DNA of 64,000 bases from Azolla caroliniana. Lineage: Eukaryota; Plantae; Polypodiophyta. Each line of letters begins with the position of its first letter. Position 1 is the stretch's first letter. The translations under genes and the position numbers were made by a program. Positions 1 to 11,945 of the stretch are shown here, piece by piece. The notes beneath the pieces are model-generated. The model was not told the origin of the DNA, did no database searches, and was given only the letters and a program-made list of their open reading frames with translations. The stretch lies in the NCBI GenBank assembly GCA_043228905.1, contig JBHGNT010000009.1, forward strand, positions 9,238,001 through 9,302,000, in the 5' to 3' direction.

Positions 1-105
1 GAATGATGAGGAGAACGACAGAGACGGTGAGGGAGGGCGAAGAAGGCGAGCTTTCCGCAGATTAGCAGCTCTGTAGGCTGCCGAGGAAACCCTGATCCAT
101 CCCAT
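1..105 (-). CDS. 5' end of a protein-coding gene running off the left edge; N-terminus resembles a mitochondrial targeting peptide
   Basis: Minus-strand ATG at 105-103 opens MGWIRVSSAAYRAANLRKARLLRPPSPSLSFSSSF to base 1 with no stop. It is Arg/Ser/Ala/Leu-rich with no acidic residues, and upstream sequence is simple-repeat-rich and UTR-like. Missing from the ORF track because the stop lies outside the window. Confidence 0.55.
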   Translation of the reverse strand, partial: MGWIRVSSAAYRAANLRKARLLRPPSPSLSFSSSF

Positions 106-3100
106 TACTCTGAAACTCGAGAAGTCGAACCTGACCTCTTCTTCTGTCGGGCGTTCGTTCTTCAACACACTTCTTCTGATTCTTAGCAGCGGGGAGGGGA
201 GAAATTCTTCTTAATTCTGCTTCTTCTTTCCTTCCTTCTTCTGATTTGCACACACTTTCCTTTCAACGGAAGCTTGGTTATGGCGATTGAATATGATAAT
301 TACTGTAGAAAAGAAGAGGAACAGGGGAGGAGGAGGAGGAGGAGTAGTAGTAGTAGTAGGCTTAGCCTTCTCTTCTTCTTCTTTCTCTGTCTTTTCCTAT
401 TACATACATTATATTCTTCTTTCTTCTAACTTCTCTTCTCATGGCTGCTAATCTTTTTTGACTTTTTTGTTCTATTATTTGCTCATGTTGTGGTGGGGGG
501 GTGGGGGGGCATGGTATTATTATTGTTTGTTCTGGGTATTCAACACTTGCCCCACTCTAGTGAACTTTGTTCATCGGAACCTCTCTTCTTATTGTTCTGG
601 TATCCAACACTTGCCTGAAAGTGACTCGGCCTGGCCTGCTCCCATCGCGTGCACCACACACCCCAGCTTTTCTCGTTATTCTCTTCACGAAAGGGATCAT
701 CAATCACGTCTGAATTTTAAATCTGCAATCTGATGACTCCCATCTTGCATCGTTCTGGTATTCAACACTTGCCTTTGCGTAGTGAGTGAGCTTTATTCGT
801 CGGAAACTGACTCGGCCTGCTCCCATCATGCACCCCAACTTTTTTGTTATTTCCCTCGCGAAAGAGATCAATCACGTTATTTTTATCAACAAATTTGATG
901 ACCCGATCCTGCACTCGTTCACTTTATCAAAAGAGAAGTGAGGAAACAATATCACAACTACACTACCCCTATAGTTAGTGGGTGACCATACTTTGCACCA
1001 AAGAGTGATGAAGAAGAAGTCTTGCCTATTGGCAATTCAACATGTTCCACTACCCCTATAGTTAGTGGGTGACCATACTCCATTATGACACCCATTGTAT
1101 GTAGTGTTTTTCACACACATTTATTAATATAATTGTGTATTTCCACCAAAAATAAAAAAGAGAGAGTGATGAAGAGAAAGAAAGAGAGATCGATGTAGGT
1201 GAGAAAATTGGGTTTCAAACCCAAGATGTAGTGCTAGTAGTGTAAAACGACTTACAACTAGGGTAAGCTAATTACAATAATAATAAAAAGAGAGAGCTTC
1301 AATCTAGAAGAAAAGAGAATAACGAAGTTGTAAAAAAACCTATAATCTTGTTTTAGGCTTCATTTGAAAAAGGTTTTACAAATCTATAATTCTAGCCTTT
1401 TCCTACTTGTCTTTTGTTCTAAAGAGTTCTAGGGCTTTTCTTCATCTCTCTTTGTGTCTCATCCATGTGTTTAGCTTAGGAGGATGGGTGTGTCCAATCC
1501 ATCACTTGGCTTTAAAGTCAAGTATGTTGCTTGATTAACTAACAATTGATTTCAAACTTAAAACAACACCTTTCCTTTTTAAGGGGCCATCATTTCCTAC
1601 TAAGTACTATAACCTCTACATAATATATACAATATGCCGTTCTAGTTGTGTTCACTCACTCTAGAGGACCAACATAAACCAAGGAGAGTGAGTGGGGTAT
1701 CTTAAATTATAATAGAACTAGTATCTTCCACGGATTTATTATATAAGGTTGGAATTTACACACAAGTGCCCCAAGAGTGTTTGGTTACATAGGAGGTGTG
1801 TGGTTGAACTATCCATTGAGATGTGACACAAGTCTTAGACATCTCTTTTGTCGAAGGAAGCATACATCCATCCCCTAAACTTTCTAAGAGCTCATAGAAT
1901 ACTTTGATTTTGAGAATGACAAAGAAGACTTAAATATAATAAGTAAGTTCACTATTTTGATGAGGATGATTTTACAAAATGGTGAAGTTATAAACCCAAG
2001 TTTTGGAAGATCCTTGAAACGATTGTTTAATGTATGGACACTCAATGTTTCCAGGGGAAACATTAGTAGCTAGTATTAATGACCAAGTTGAATCTAGTTC
2101 TAAAACAAAAACTAAAAACCATACCTCCAACATTGAAATTATTCTAAGTATACCCTCTAAATTATTGGCATTAGTTCGTAGTGTAAACATGGTTCTCCTA
2201 CCCTAGGAGTATGTTTGCAAGGTTAATTGAGTCAAATAAAGGGGCGTATTCACTATAATGAAAGATGCTAGCTAGCAAAGGTTCTCATCATGGGCATCTC
2301 GAAAATTGTTATTATGTGATAATCCTTGCATCGCTCTTGTGAATCGCAAAGCCACCATTTTCACATGATTTATGCTTGAACAAACAAGTCAATGCACAAA
2401 GAGGAACACCAATATCAAAATGGGCCACACTCAATGCCGGCATGGAACACTTTAGTAGTGTGGTTGATATGCTTCAAGAAAAACCGGTTGTTTATGTGCC
2501 CAACCAAAAAAGTTAAATGAGTGAGATTGCCTTGGCAGAATGTTAAATGCCTACTAATTGTACTACCTCCTCTCAATCCTAGAACCTTTAGGTTAACCCA
2601 TTCCTACTATGAAAATATTATTGTTACCATGATACAAAGAATATGCATACACTTTACCTCTTTACCAAGTTGATCAAACCAATAATGATCATCAAAGTAA
2701 TCTCATCCATGAAAAAAAAGGATGCACTCTTCCATGTCAATATGATCTTGAAGATGGTTTGATAATGATATTGGAAATTCAAACACCTAGTATTTTCTCT
2801 CGTTGTAACTACGTACAAGCATTAAAAACTACAACTTTCTCATTGCCATCTATAGACAAATATTAGAAGCAAGCTACTTTAGGTTGGCTCTACCACATTT
2901 GACTATAGATTGGGCTATGCAACATATTTTCCTGATAGCATTGACTATTCTCTAAATAGACACGCCTATTTAAGTTCTCTTACATCAAATAAGAGAAAAA
3001 GTCAGTCATAGGCTTCATGGAATATCTACAAATCAGAAACTCCAATAAGTTATGGTTAAGTAAGGTTCACATCTGATCATCATACAAAGGGTCAATGAGG

Positions 3101-4426
3101 ATGAATTAGTTTATAAACATGGATACACCTAAACTTACAAGATTCGTCACAAACGTTTAGGATCTCAATTGAGGGTGGGGTAAGATGCAAGATTTCATAT
3201 TAATCTCCCCATTTGCATGGCATTCATTTCTTCCGTGATTCATTACCTTGACTAATAACCTATTGAGGAGACACCATAATGCGAATAAAGGAATGCAAAT
3301 GACAACAAGTATGAGGATATAAGATAGTCCATATCATCACCAGACCATGGAGATATTGCTCACCATGTCCGATCCATGAGGACATACAAAGCACTTGTCA
3401 AAATCAGCCATAACATCATTCCACATGAATCAACCAATGGATATTAAGTTTAATCATCACTACTCTCATGCATTTTGCTATGCACTCCATGCTTGTAAAC
3501 CATCTCAAAAATAATTCCACATGCATTAAGATCATAGTAATGGAGCTTTAAGAAACTTCAAGATTTAATTTTTGGTTTAATATGATGGATGAATTGAATA
3601 GTATGACAAGCTGCACGTCTAATGAGCCAAGGTAATTTGAAGAGCAAAAAAGAGCACACACTACTGTAGCATATGATATGACACGAAAGAACATGATCCT
3701 TTGAACATGGAAAACGACCAACACATGAAAAACAAGTTATCTAAATACTTATAAACATGAGTCATGATCCTCAAGCCCGAAGGTTTGTCCATGGCCTTAC
3801 AGTTAGAGCATTCAAATAATTGAATTCAGAGGTGTCTGATTTTTGTCCATATTAAAGAGCTCTAATATTGTACTCAAATGTCGAGACACCATTTTACATC
3901 TATATCATGCTGAGAAATTTTTCAACTGCATGTACTTTGACAGCAGTGTGTTCAATTAGCTACTTCAATTGTAGTAAAACCTAAGAAATCATGAGCCTTG
4001 ATATTTGCTGTTTCATGATACAAACAAATGAATGCATCTGCTACTATAACCTATACTTCGGCTAATACAAAAATTAAAAAACCGATATCATGACCTTGCT
4101 AATTTGCCAATTCTTGACTCCCTAGTCAGGAAAAATTGAGTCAACTACTTTAATCTAGCCAGTTTCTGATACTAAAGAAAAACTAAACTTTGAAATGAGC
4201 ACATAGGCATCCATGATACTGAATTATAATCAGCTCGGTAACAAAGCTTACCAATTAAAAAAAACAAAAGCCTCATACCCTCAAAGAGCCACAAATCTCC
4301 ACATTCAAAGGAAAAGAAAACATTACAGACTAGGATAACAAAGCGAGATTCCCATTCCAAACATTTATCGAAGAATGTTTTCATCGTCTACTGTAGTCGT
4401 AACTATGCTCTTGTATGAGCTGATGT

Positions 4427-6618
4427 CTACAAGAAAGGTGGTAAAATAACCCATCTGCGTGGATATTTCGGGCGACCATCTTTCCCATCAAAAAGCTGTA
4501 AACCACAAGAAAAATATTTTATAAGAACACATACAATACAGTCATACAAGAGCCGATCAGCATATTAGAATGTTCCATGTTAACGTTTCAGAACATGAAT
4601 ATAATGTTTTATATTCTTGAAATAATCAAATGAACTTCAAATTAGACTGAAGCAAGAATATAAGGGGTATGAAAAAAACAATATAGTGTATGTTTATGTT
4701 TAGCTATATGTGCATGTATGTAGATATATAATTATCTCAATGCATCAATGTATCAATGTATTATATGAACAATACATTGATGTATTATGCATTACACTTT
4801 AGCTATATGTACATGTATGTATGTATGCATGTATATAGATATATAATTATCTTAATGTATCAATGTATTATATGAGTAATACATCAATGTATTATGCATT
4901 ACATGAATAAATACACGTGATACATTTACGAATAGTAAGCGACTGGTTACCTTCTTTAGCCTACGATGCTTGCCAAGAGCCCAATCTGTCATTATAAATG
5001 CAGCAACAAACAAAAAGGAGTAACCAGCAACAGTTTGCGTAGCAATGTTGAAGCCCAACCATTGATAGATTTCAGTTGTGTAGTTTGCACATGTCACATA
5101 GTTGAAAAGGAATCCCGAAGGAATCTGATACCCACCCTTACCGTCTGGGGACCTCAAGTTCTTCAAGATAATGTGGCAATAGAAGTTTGCTAATTGACAA
5201 ACAATGCCAATGCCAAACCCAATATACATTTGCTTCTCACCGACTGGTGTATAGTGCGGATGGTTGGCAAAATAAGCCACAAAAACTGCGAAGGACCAGT
5301 AATAGACACAATTCCGGAACACATTACTGATCGGAGAGGTAGCATGACTGAATCTATGGACGAAAAAGGTCTCAAGAATCCTCTTCAAATAGTGAAAACA
5401 CCAATAGATAGTGGCATATGTCTGGACAGGCTGTATGACCCGATGCTCTGGAAACCCTATATATTTGTAGACGGGAAGAAAGTAGAAGATTGGGTATATC
5501 AAGAGAGGACCCAGATACTCAAAGAAGAAAAGTGTCGAATACTTGACTTGAGGACCGAGGTCTTTCAATACCACTTTGTAGTCAGAAGAACCCTTCTGAA
5601 AGTAATCACCAATCGTTTTTCCATCATCGAGAACAGTCGGACGAGCCTGACCAGGCAAAGAAGGGAGTGTAAGGCGTTGCCTCTCAGGATATAGCTTGCC
5701 ACCTGGAAATGAGAACAAATTTTTGCTATTACATTAGCATTGGAATCGAATCTACGCACTCAAAACCAAAACCAAGAACAGATCCAAAACTGCATACATA
5801 TTCTACCTCTTTAATGAGATTCGAACCGCAAAGACATGGTTATATCCTGCTTCTTTTGTAAGATTTTAATCGCAATACCATAGTTTGTTTAAAGTTAAGA
5901 TGCCAGTCATCATATGTAATGTCACATGAACATATTTCTCTAAATATTCTACTCCTTTTTGAGATTCGAACCGTAAAGACATGGTCATATTCTACTTCTT
6001 TTGTAAGATTTTAATCGTAATACCATACTTTGTTTAAAGTTAAGATGCCATAGTCATTATTATGCCACACAAACATATTTCTCTAAATATTCTACTTATT
6101 TTCATTTCATTCAAAACCCAAAAGCTAAAATTTATGAAAGAACAGCCTTCCGAATGTCTTGAAGGCGAGAGATGACCGCAAAGGAGTGAAAACGGACTTC
6201 CTAACCTAAGACCAGAACCAAAGACTTCTCTACATATTATACTTACTCTGAGATATCTCCAGACTTAATTCATAGATAATAGAAGAAATAACTCAAACAA
6301 ACTAGATCTCCCTACGCATTCTCTTACGTCTTTTTAAAGTTTCACAGACTTGATTCATGCATTAAAATGTGCAACACAACTATGATAATTGTACTTACTT
6401 CTCTTGTGTATGGCAGCTTTGAGATCTGTCACCGTGTCCTATTTAAAGATACAGAGTGAAGAAGAGAAAAATCATCAGAGAGCAAAAGCAAAAGCAAATA
6501 TACGTTACGTATGGACAGGTATGAAAATGAATGAATCGCTCGTTTTTACATTCTCTCGAAGCTCAATCCCTCCTTTGAACACTTCTCTTCCACTGCGAGA
6601 AACAACTGTTATCAGCAT
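4427..6618 (-). CDS. ECR: very-long-chain trans-2,3-enoyl-CoA reductase (ECR/CER10/TSC13 family), 4 coding exons, 309 aa
   Basis: Exons 6618-6550 ([23 protein letters not shown]), 6438-6399 ([13 protein letters not shown]), 5702-4951 ([14 protein letters not shown]...KDLGPQV...FFEYLGP...[18 protein letters not shown]...[11 protein letters not shown]...GKHRRLKK) and 4495-4427 ([22 protein letters not shown]). All introns are GT..AG with consistent phases (930 nt total). Closely matches Arabidopsis CER10 as recalled. Confidence 0.96.
4699..4901. repeat. ~100-bp direct tandem duplication in ECR intron 3
   Basis: ttagctatatgt...atatataattatct...tgtattatgcattac occurs at ~4699 and ~4799. Confidence 0.7.
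5800..6095. repeat. ~145-bp direct tandem duplication in ECR intron 2
   Basis: gagattcgaaccg.aaagacatgg...gtaagattttaatcg...aaagttaagatgcca...catatttctctaaatattctact repeated at ~5816 and ~5961. Confidence 0.8.
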
Positions 6619-6802
6619 GACGAAGAGGATGATGGGTTAACCGCCAATATGCGTGATATACCACCTCTTTGTTCTGCAATAAAAGAAGAGGAAACCAAAA
6701 CAAAACGTGAGCTTTCAGAAAGAAGACAGAGAGAGAGAGAGATCTGATGAAGGAAAGAGATCAAATTAGAGAGAGTATATCGGATAATCCTGATACAGAA
6801 CT

Positions 6803-6840
<38 letters not shown>

Positions 6841-7129
6841 AGACCTAGAAAGGGCAATATGAAACCCTAAGAAAATATTAGAGGAATCTAGAAGATCTGA
6901 GGAACAGAGGAAGTTAAAGCTTTTACATGTTTAAAACGGCCTTTCAATAGTAGTAAATTGTAATGCCTTCGGAGTAGGACTAGGCAAGAGCAAGAATATG
7001 CAAGCTTGTGTTATAATCCATGAAGAAAGAGGTTTTTAATGCACCAGAGATCGAATCCCGCCATGCCCAACATGGATGGGACCCAAAAAAAGTGAATGGT
7101 GTTGTTTTCTTATTGAGATCGTTTGTTCT

Positions 7130-7415
7130 ATGTCTATAGGAGACCTGAGCTTGATCTGTATCAAACAGGTCCCTAGCACATGGCGAGGATTGAACTTCAA
7201 TCCTCTCCTCTCAAATTCATGGCTTTGATGCTACATTGTACACAATGATGACAACTAGAGAGAGTGAGATGTCTATAGGAGACTCATCCTAATCAATATC
7301 AAATAGGGCCCTATAGCACGTGGCCAAGGTTGAACTTCAATCCTCTCCTCTCAATTTCATGGCTTTGATGCTACGGTGTACACCACAAATACCGATAGCT
7401 AGAGAGAGCGAGAGT
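7130..7415. repeat. two tandem copies of a ~140-bp repeat upstream of ECR
   Basis: gtctataggagac...tagcac.tggc...ttgaacttcaatcctctcctctcaa.ttcatggctttgatgctac at ~7132 and ~7271. Confidence 0.7.
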
Positions 7416-8658
7416 CAAGCACGGGTTGTGATAGAAGTCCATGTTTTCTTACGTTTTATGCATTTGTTTATTGTTGTTTGATTAGAGATAGTGTGCAACG
7501 AGCAAAGGTTGTGGATCATGATACTTGATTCACAATAGAGTATTTAGATTAAGAACTGTGAGCACCTTATTATGAATCGAAATATTATTGATGGCCAATG
7601 AGTATTTAGATTAAGAAAATAATGGTTTAAGGGTGCTTAGCCATATATGACCACCTTTGGGTAAAGGATGAGATATGAACATAAAATACCATCAATGTCT
7701 TATACCACTGAATATTATCTAATGTTGGATGTTGAGTCGAGTGGATCCAAAAGAAGAGAGCTTTGGCTCACTCATAGAATCTTGATAATGTCTTGAGATG
7801 TTGTAATGAAGGCCATTGATAGTCCTCTTTATATAGCCAACACTTTAGGCTCCCAAACCACCTCATGTTCCCACATATTCGTAAGTCCTTATGGGTTTGT
7901 CACAAGTCCTATCTCGAACATTCTCCTCTTCCTCCCAACCTTCTCTTGTCCAATATTCTCCTCTTCCAATGTTCTCCTCCAACATTCTCCTTGTTGAGCC
8001 TTCTCCACATCAAGATTTCTCCTCATCCAACCTTCTCTTCCTTGAGCCTTCTCCACTTCAAGATTTCTCCTCCTCCAATGTCCTGATAGGGAATAAATTA
8101 ATAACACGAGTGTGTAGGCCTAATTTGTTATGTAGACGTAGTGGTGTAAGGCGAGATTCAAACCTTATACTTGTACAATTAGACACAATGTATTTACCAC
8201 TACGATAACTATTTTTTAGTATTAGATTTCTCATAGTTAAAAACCACTACAAGAAACCCTCTAGGCACTAAACCAAATATCGAGGGTAACCTGAAGTCTC
8301 CAACATGACAATTCTAGTCCACAACTTATCCTCTTTGGTTCAAGTTCCTAATGGTCCCGCTCACGTTTCACATGCGTGAGCGCAACTATGCGGCACTACT
8401 ATCCACGGGTCTACTTTTCGTCAATTGATGCAGGACGTGGAGTCCGTCGTGAGCTCCCACCAAGCCTACGATTCACATTGAACCATTACCTTTTTGCCCC
8501 CCTTTTCTACATATACTCCCCCTTTCTAGGATGAGCTAAGGTAGAAAGGAGCTTTAGGTTCAAGAAATACCCTTATAAAACGAACACCTATACAAACATT
8601 TTTCCTCAATCATAAAAAAATAAAAACACATATGAATAAAATAAACACAAGGTGCACG

Positions 8659-8695
<37 letters not shown>

Positions 8696-8749
8696 GAGAT
8701 AGATAATTACACATACATATCCCCATTACCCATTATTCCAAATCTATCG

Positions 8750-10740
8750 AAAATTGGGCCATTAGGGACAATCTAGAACGTGTAGATTTAATCCCTAACA
8801 TTCATTCCATCTCATTAAATCGAGTTAGCAAAGTCTTTGTTGCACAAGAAGAAGATAGTAAACCTAGGTGTCATCAAGTCCATTCCAGTGGATCAAAACT
8901 TTTCCTTCTCATGATAAATTCTCTTGAATAGGCTCCTTCATCTAACCTCTATAACAATCATCGATGGACATTCCCTTGCATCTAGGGATATAGTTGATGA
9001 AATTTAGTTAGTTGTTGTGCTACTTAATAACTTGGCATGTATAATCTCCTTCAATATTATTAGTAGTCATGAACATTCCAATTGTTCTTTGTTTTCCTTA
9101 GTTTAAACTTTATAATATGGAGATTGATTGGAGAAGCCGCACAATCGAAGAGTTTCAAGAAAACCAAGTAATCTTGGGTTTTAGATATAATGTATTTATG
9201 AGTCCCTCTCCTCGACAATGTCAATTTCAAAATCTCATTGGATCTTAACTATTTGATTGCAAAGGTTATGCCCACAAGGACCAACAGATGGGATGTTTTA
9301 TTTGTAATATCAACAAATGTAGTTACCAGGCCATAAAAGGTGAATCCCTTACTTCCAAGCAAGTCCGAAGAATTTGGAGATGTCTTCAAAATGGTGAAGA
9401 GATTTACATTCATAGAGCATCAACCTTTAATTTTCCTTGCAACTTGCAACCAAGAAAAGAGTCATATTGGGATTGAACCTATAGTTTTTGCCATCTGAGC
9501 TCAAGATTTTTCAAGAATATATTGATGAGAACTTGGTAAATGAATTTATGCACATCCTAGAAACCCAAATAGTGCACCAACGTTCTTTGTCAAGAAGAAA
9601 TATGATTCCCTTCATTTATTTGCAGACTAGAGGAGTCCAAAAACATCACAATTTGAAATAGATACGATGTGTCATTGATATGAAGTTCATTGGAGTGCCT
9701 TAACAAAGCTATATATTTCATGAAGTTGAACTTTTGAGGTGCATATAACCCTGTTCAAATCCATCAAGGAGGTTGTTGGAGGCTATCTAATTACTAACTA
9801 GTAAGCAAAATATAAGAAAAATAAGGCCAAATAAAGGAAAGAGGGGTGCCAAACCACCCCATAACAATGGTGTGAGGGAGACCCAAATCTCCTTGATGTC
9901 TCATACGATTGAGTGTTGATGCAAGCCGTACTTTGGGTTCCACAAGGGTTGCATGTGCTCAGCAGACAAAAGCCATAGACACATTGACATAGTATCAAGT
10001 TTCAACATAAGTTGAACCCCCCTACATAGAAATCTACACTCTCAAGTGTTCAAACGTGATTACTTCATATGAAGTGGTAAAATGATGACACATGATACTT
10101 TAACTCAAATTGTAGATTTGTAATACTTAATTCACTCTCATTCATTTCAGATTTTATCCACACGTCCTCGTTATAAGATTAGGGAAAACTATGGAAAAAT
10201 TATATCATGATCAATAAATGATGGCTGGAAATTTGCTTTCACACTTAATACTGACATTTCAAGCACACAAGTATGTTCATCAAACTCACAAATATGTACA
10301 TTGAAGATTTTCCAACATATGGCAAATGTTATTTTTTGAGATTTATTGGACATCTTCAACATAGTGTATATGGATGACAACTTGGTCTCCTAATGACTCA
10401 AAAGGAGCATGATAAGATGTCTATCAAGTTCTACAATAGTTATGGGGGTCTCTATACCAATCTCAAGAAATGTAGTGAGGTATGTCTCTCAACAAAACGT
10501 ATATCTATAGACCCAATGAAGGTGCATATAGTTTTGGATTGGAAAACACGTTTAATGCATGGCATTCAATATCTCTTGGGATATATAAATTTGTACTACA
10601 CATTCCTCAAGATTTACTCAAAGATTGTACTACCTCTCATAGAGTTTACACAGAAGAACCAATTATTCACATAAAGTGTAAGTGCAAGTGTTTATTTTTG
10701 CCCCAAATTTGCTTCATGCCAATCTAGCCAATCCTTTCAT
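8750..10740 (+). mobile_element. highly degenerate Ty3/gypsy (chromovirus-like) pol remnant, interrupted by a ~440-bp LTR-like insert (~9774-10216)
   Basis: Fragmentary RT motifs: SAPTFFVKKKYDSL (~9570), GAYNPVQI, WKFAFT (~10225), DLLDIFNIVYMDD (~10340), ISIDPMKV..VLDW, LGYINLY. Many stops and frameshifts. Confidence 0.65.
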
Positions 10741-11005
10741 CATTAAAATAGATGTGTTTGATTTTGCTTTGGGAAGAACCTTGGTCCTTGCATAGGATTA
10801 GAGATGATGGAGAACAATGAACCGATACCTAATTTTTGAATTATTTTTGAGTTCTCGAGGTATTGGGCGCTATTTTTCAATTGGAACATGCAAAACGCCT
10901 CCACTTTTGATTCGCAAGCTGGGGTGAGAAAATATGTTGTAAAGTTAAAATGACTTTTTTGTGGCAATTGATAGTGCTCTAGAGAAGTCATGAAGTCTCA
11001 AGCAT

Positions 11006-11050
<45 letters not shown>

Positions 11051-11051
<1 letters not shown>

Positions 11052-11507
11052 GATGGATGTAGCTCAGTTGGTAAGGTTGCCCAATGGAGACTAGGTGGTC
11101 ATGGGTTCAACCCCTTCCCTACATTCCATAGTGGCATCTAGTGAATTATGAGATGTATAAGAAGTATATAAAGAGAGAGAGAGAGAGAGCCGAGATGGAT
11201 GTAGCTCAGTTGGTAAGGTTGCCCAATGGAGATCAGGTGGTCGTGGGTTCAACCCCTACATTCCACAGTGGCATCTAGTGAATTATGAGATGCATAAGAA
11301 GTATATAATAGAGAGGTGAGGAAGTTGGGTTTCGAACTCACAACACAATGCTTGTAGTAGGGTAAGGTAATTACGAAAAAAGAAGAAGAGAGTGCCCAGA
11401 TGAATGTAGCTCAGTTGGTAAGGTTGCCCAATGGAGACCATGTGGTCATAGTTCACCCCCCTACAATCAATGTGGCATCTAGTGAATTAAGAGTATACGA
11501 AGTATAT
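11051..11507 (+). mobile_element. three tandem tRNA-derived SINE-like units (11051-11170, 11193-11308, 11398-11507)
   Basis: Each has A box TAGCTCAGTTGG, B box GGTTCAACCCC (degenerate in copy 3), a T-arm GTGGG/CCTAC in copy 2, and a shared non-tRNA tail gtggcatctagtgaatta...gaagtatat. Units follow (GA)n or GA-rich tracts. Confidence 0.7.
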
Positions 11508-11945
11508 GCTTGTAAGTTGTAGTGTTAACAACTTACTACTAGGGTAAGGTAATTATGAGAACAAGAGAGAGAGAGAGAGTTAGGCAAGGTCATCATATCC
11601 GACATATGAATTGTTGGTGTGTAGGGGTGGGATTGAGTTTGTAATCGTAGGAGTAGTATTTACATAAATACAGACAAAGGGTTTTTATACATACTTTGTT
11701 GTAAGTTTATTTTCTTTCGTAACGAAAGCCATTATTTTACGAGAAAAAGAAAGAAAGAAAGAGGGAAGGGAAGGGAAGGGAAGGGAAGGGAAGGGAGGGG
11801 CATATTCCGAATTTGTGAAAGCCCAGGGGTATTCTGGTAAAATTCAGCACAGAGGATAGGCACTCGGGAACCCAACCTAAACCCCCCAAGCCGCCAACAG
11901 AAGACACAGAGAGAGAGAGAGAGAGAGAGAGAGGCAGAGGAGGCT

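Noticed and set aside
458-3600. Short ORFs and possible decayed TE between the first gene and ECR
   Set aside because: Only small local duplications (~530-900, 960-1080) are evident; no domain I can support.
4852-5718. ECR as a single-exon 288-aa ORF (and antisense ORF 5194-5694)
   Set aside because: Both ends are intron read-through; the spliced model restores the conserved termini. The antisense ORF is a shadow.
7185-7205. 21-bp palindrome gaggattgaa-c-ttcaatcctc
   Set aside because: Not preserved in the adjacent repeat copy; probably incidental.
7723-8090. Solo LTR with short internal repeats
   Set aside because: LTR-like texture, but termini and TSD could not be established.
11051-11270. 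Functional tRNA genes
   Set aside because: A/B boxes and T-arm are present, but the D-stem 3' side, anticodon arm and acceptor pairing do not form, and the copies share a non-tRNA tail.
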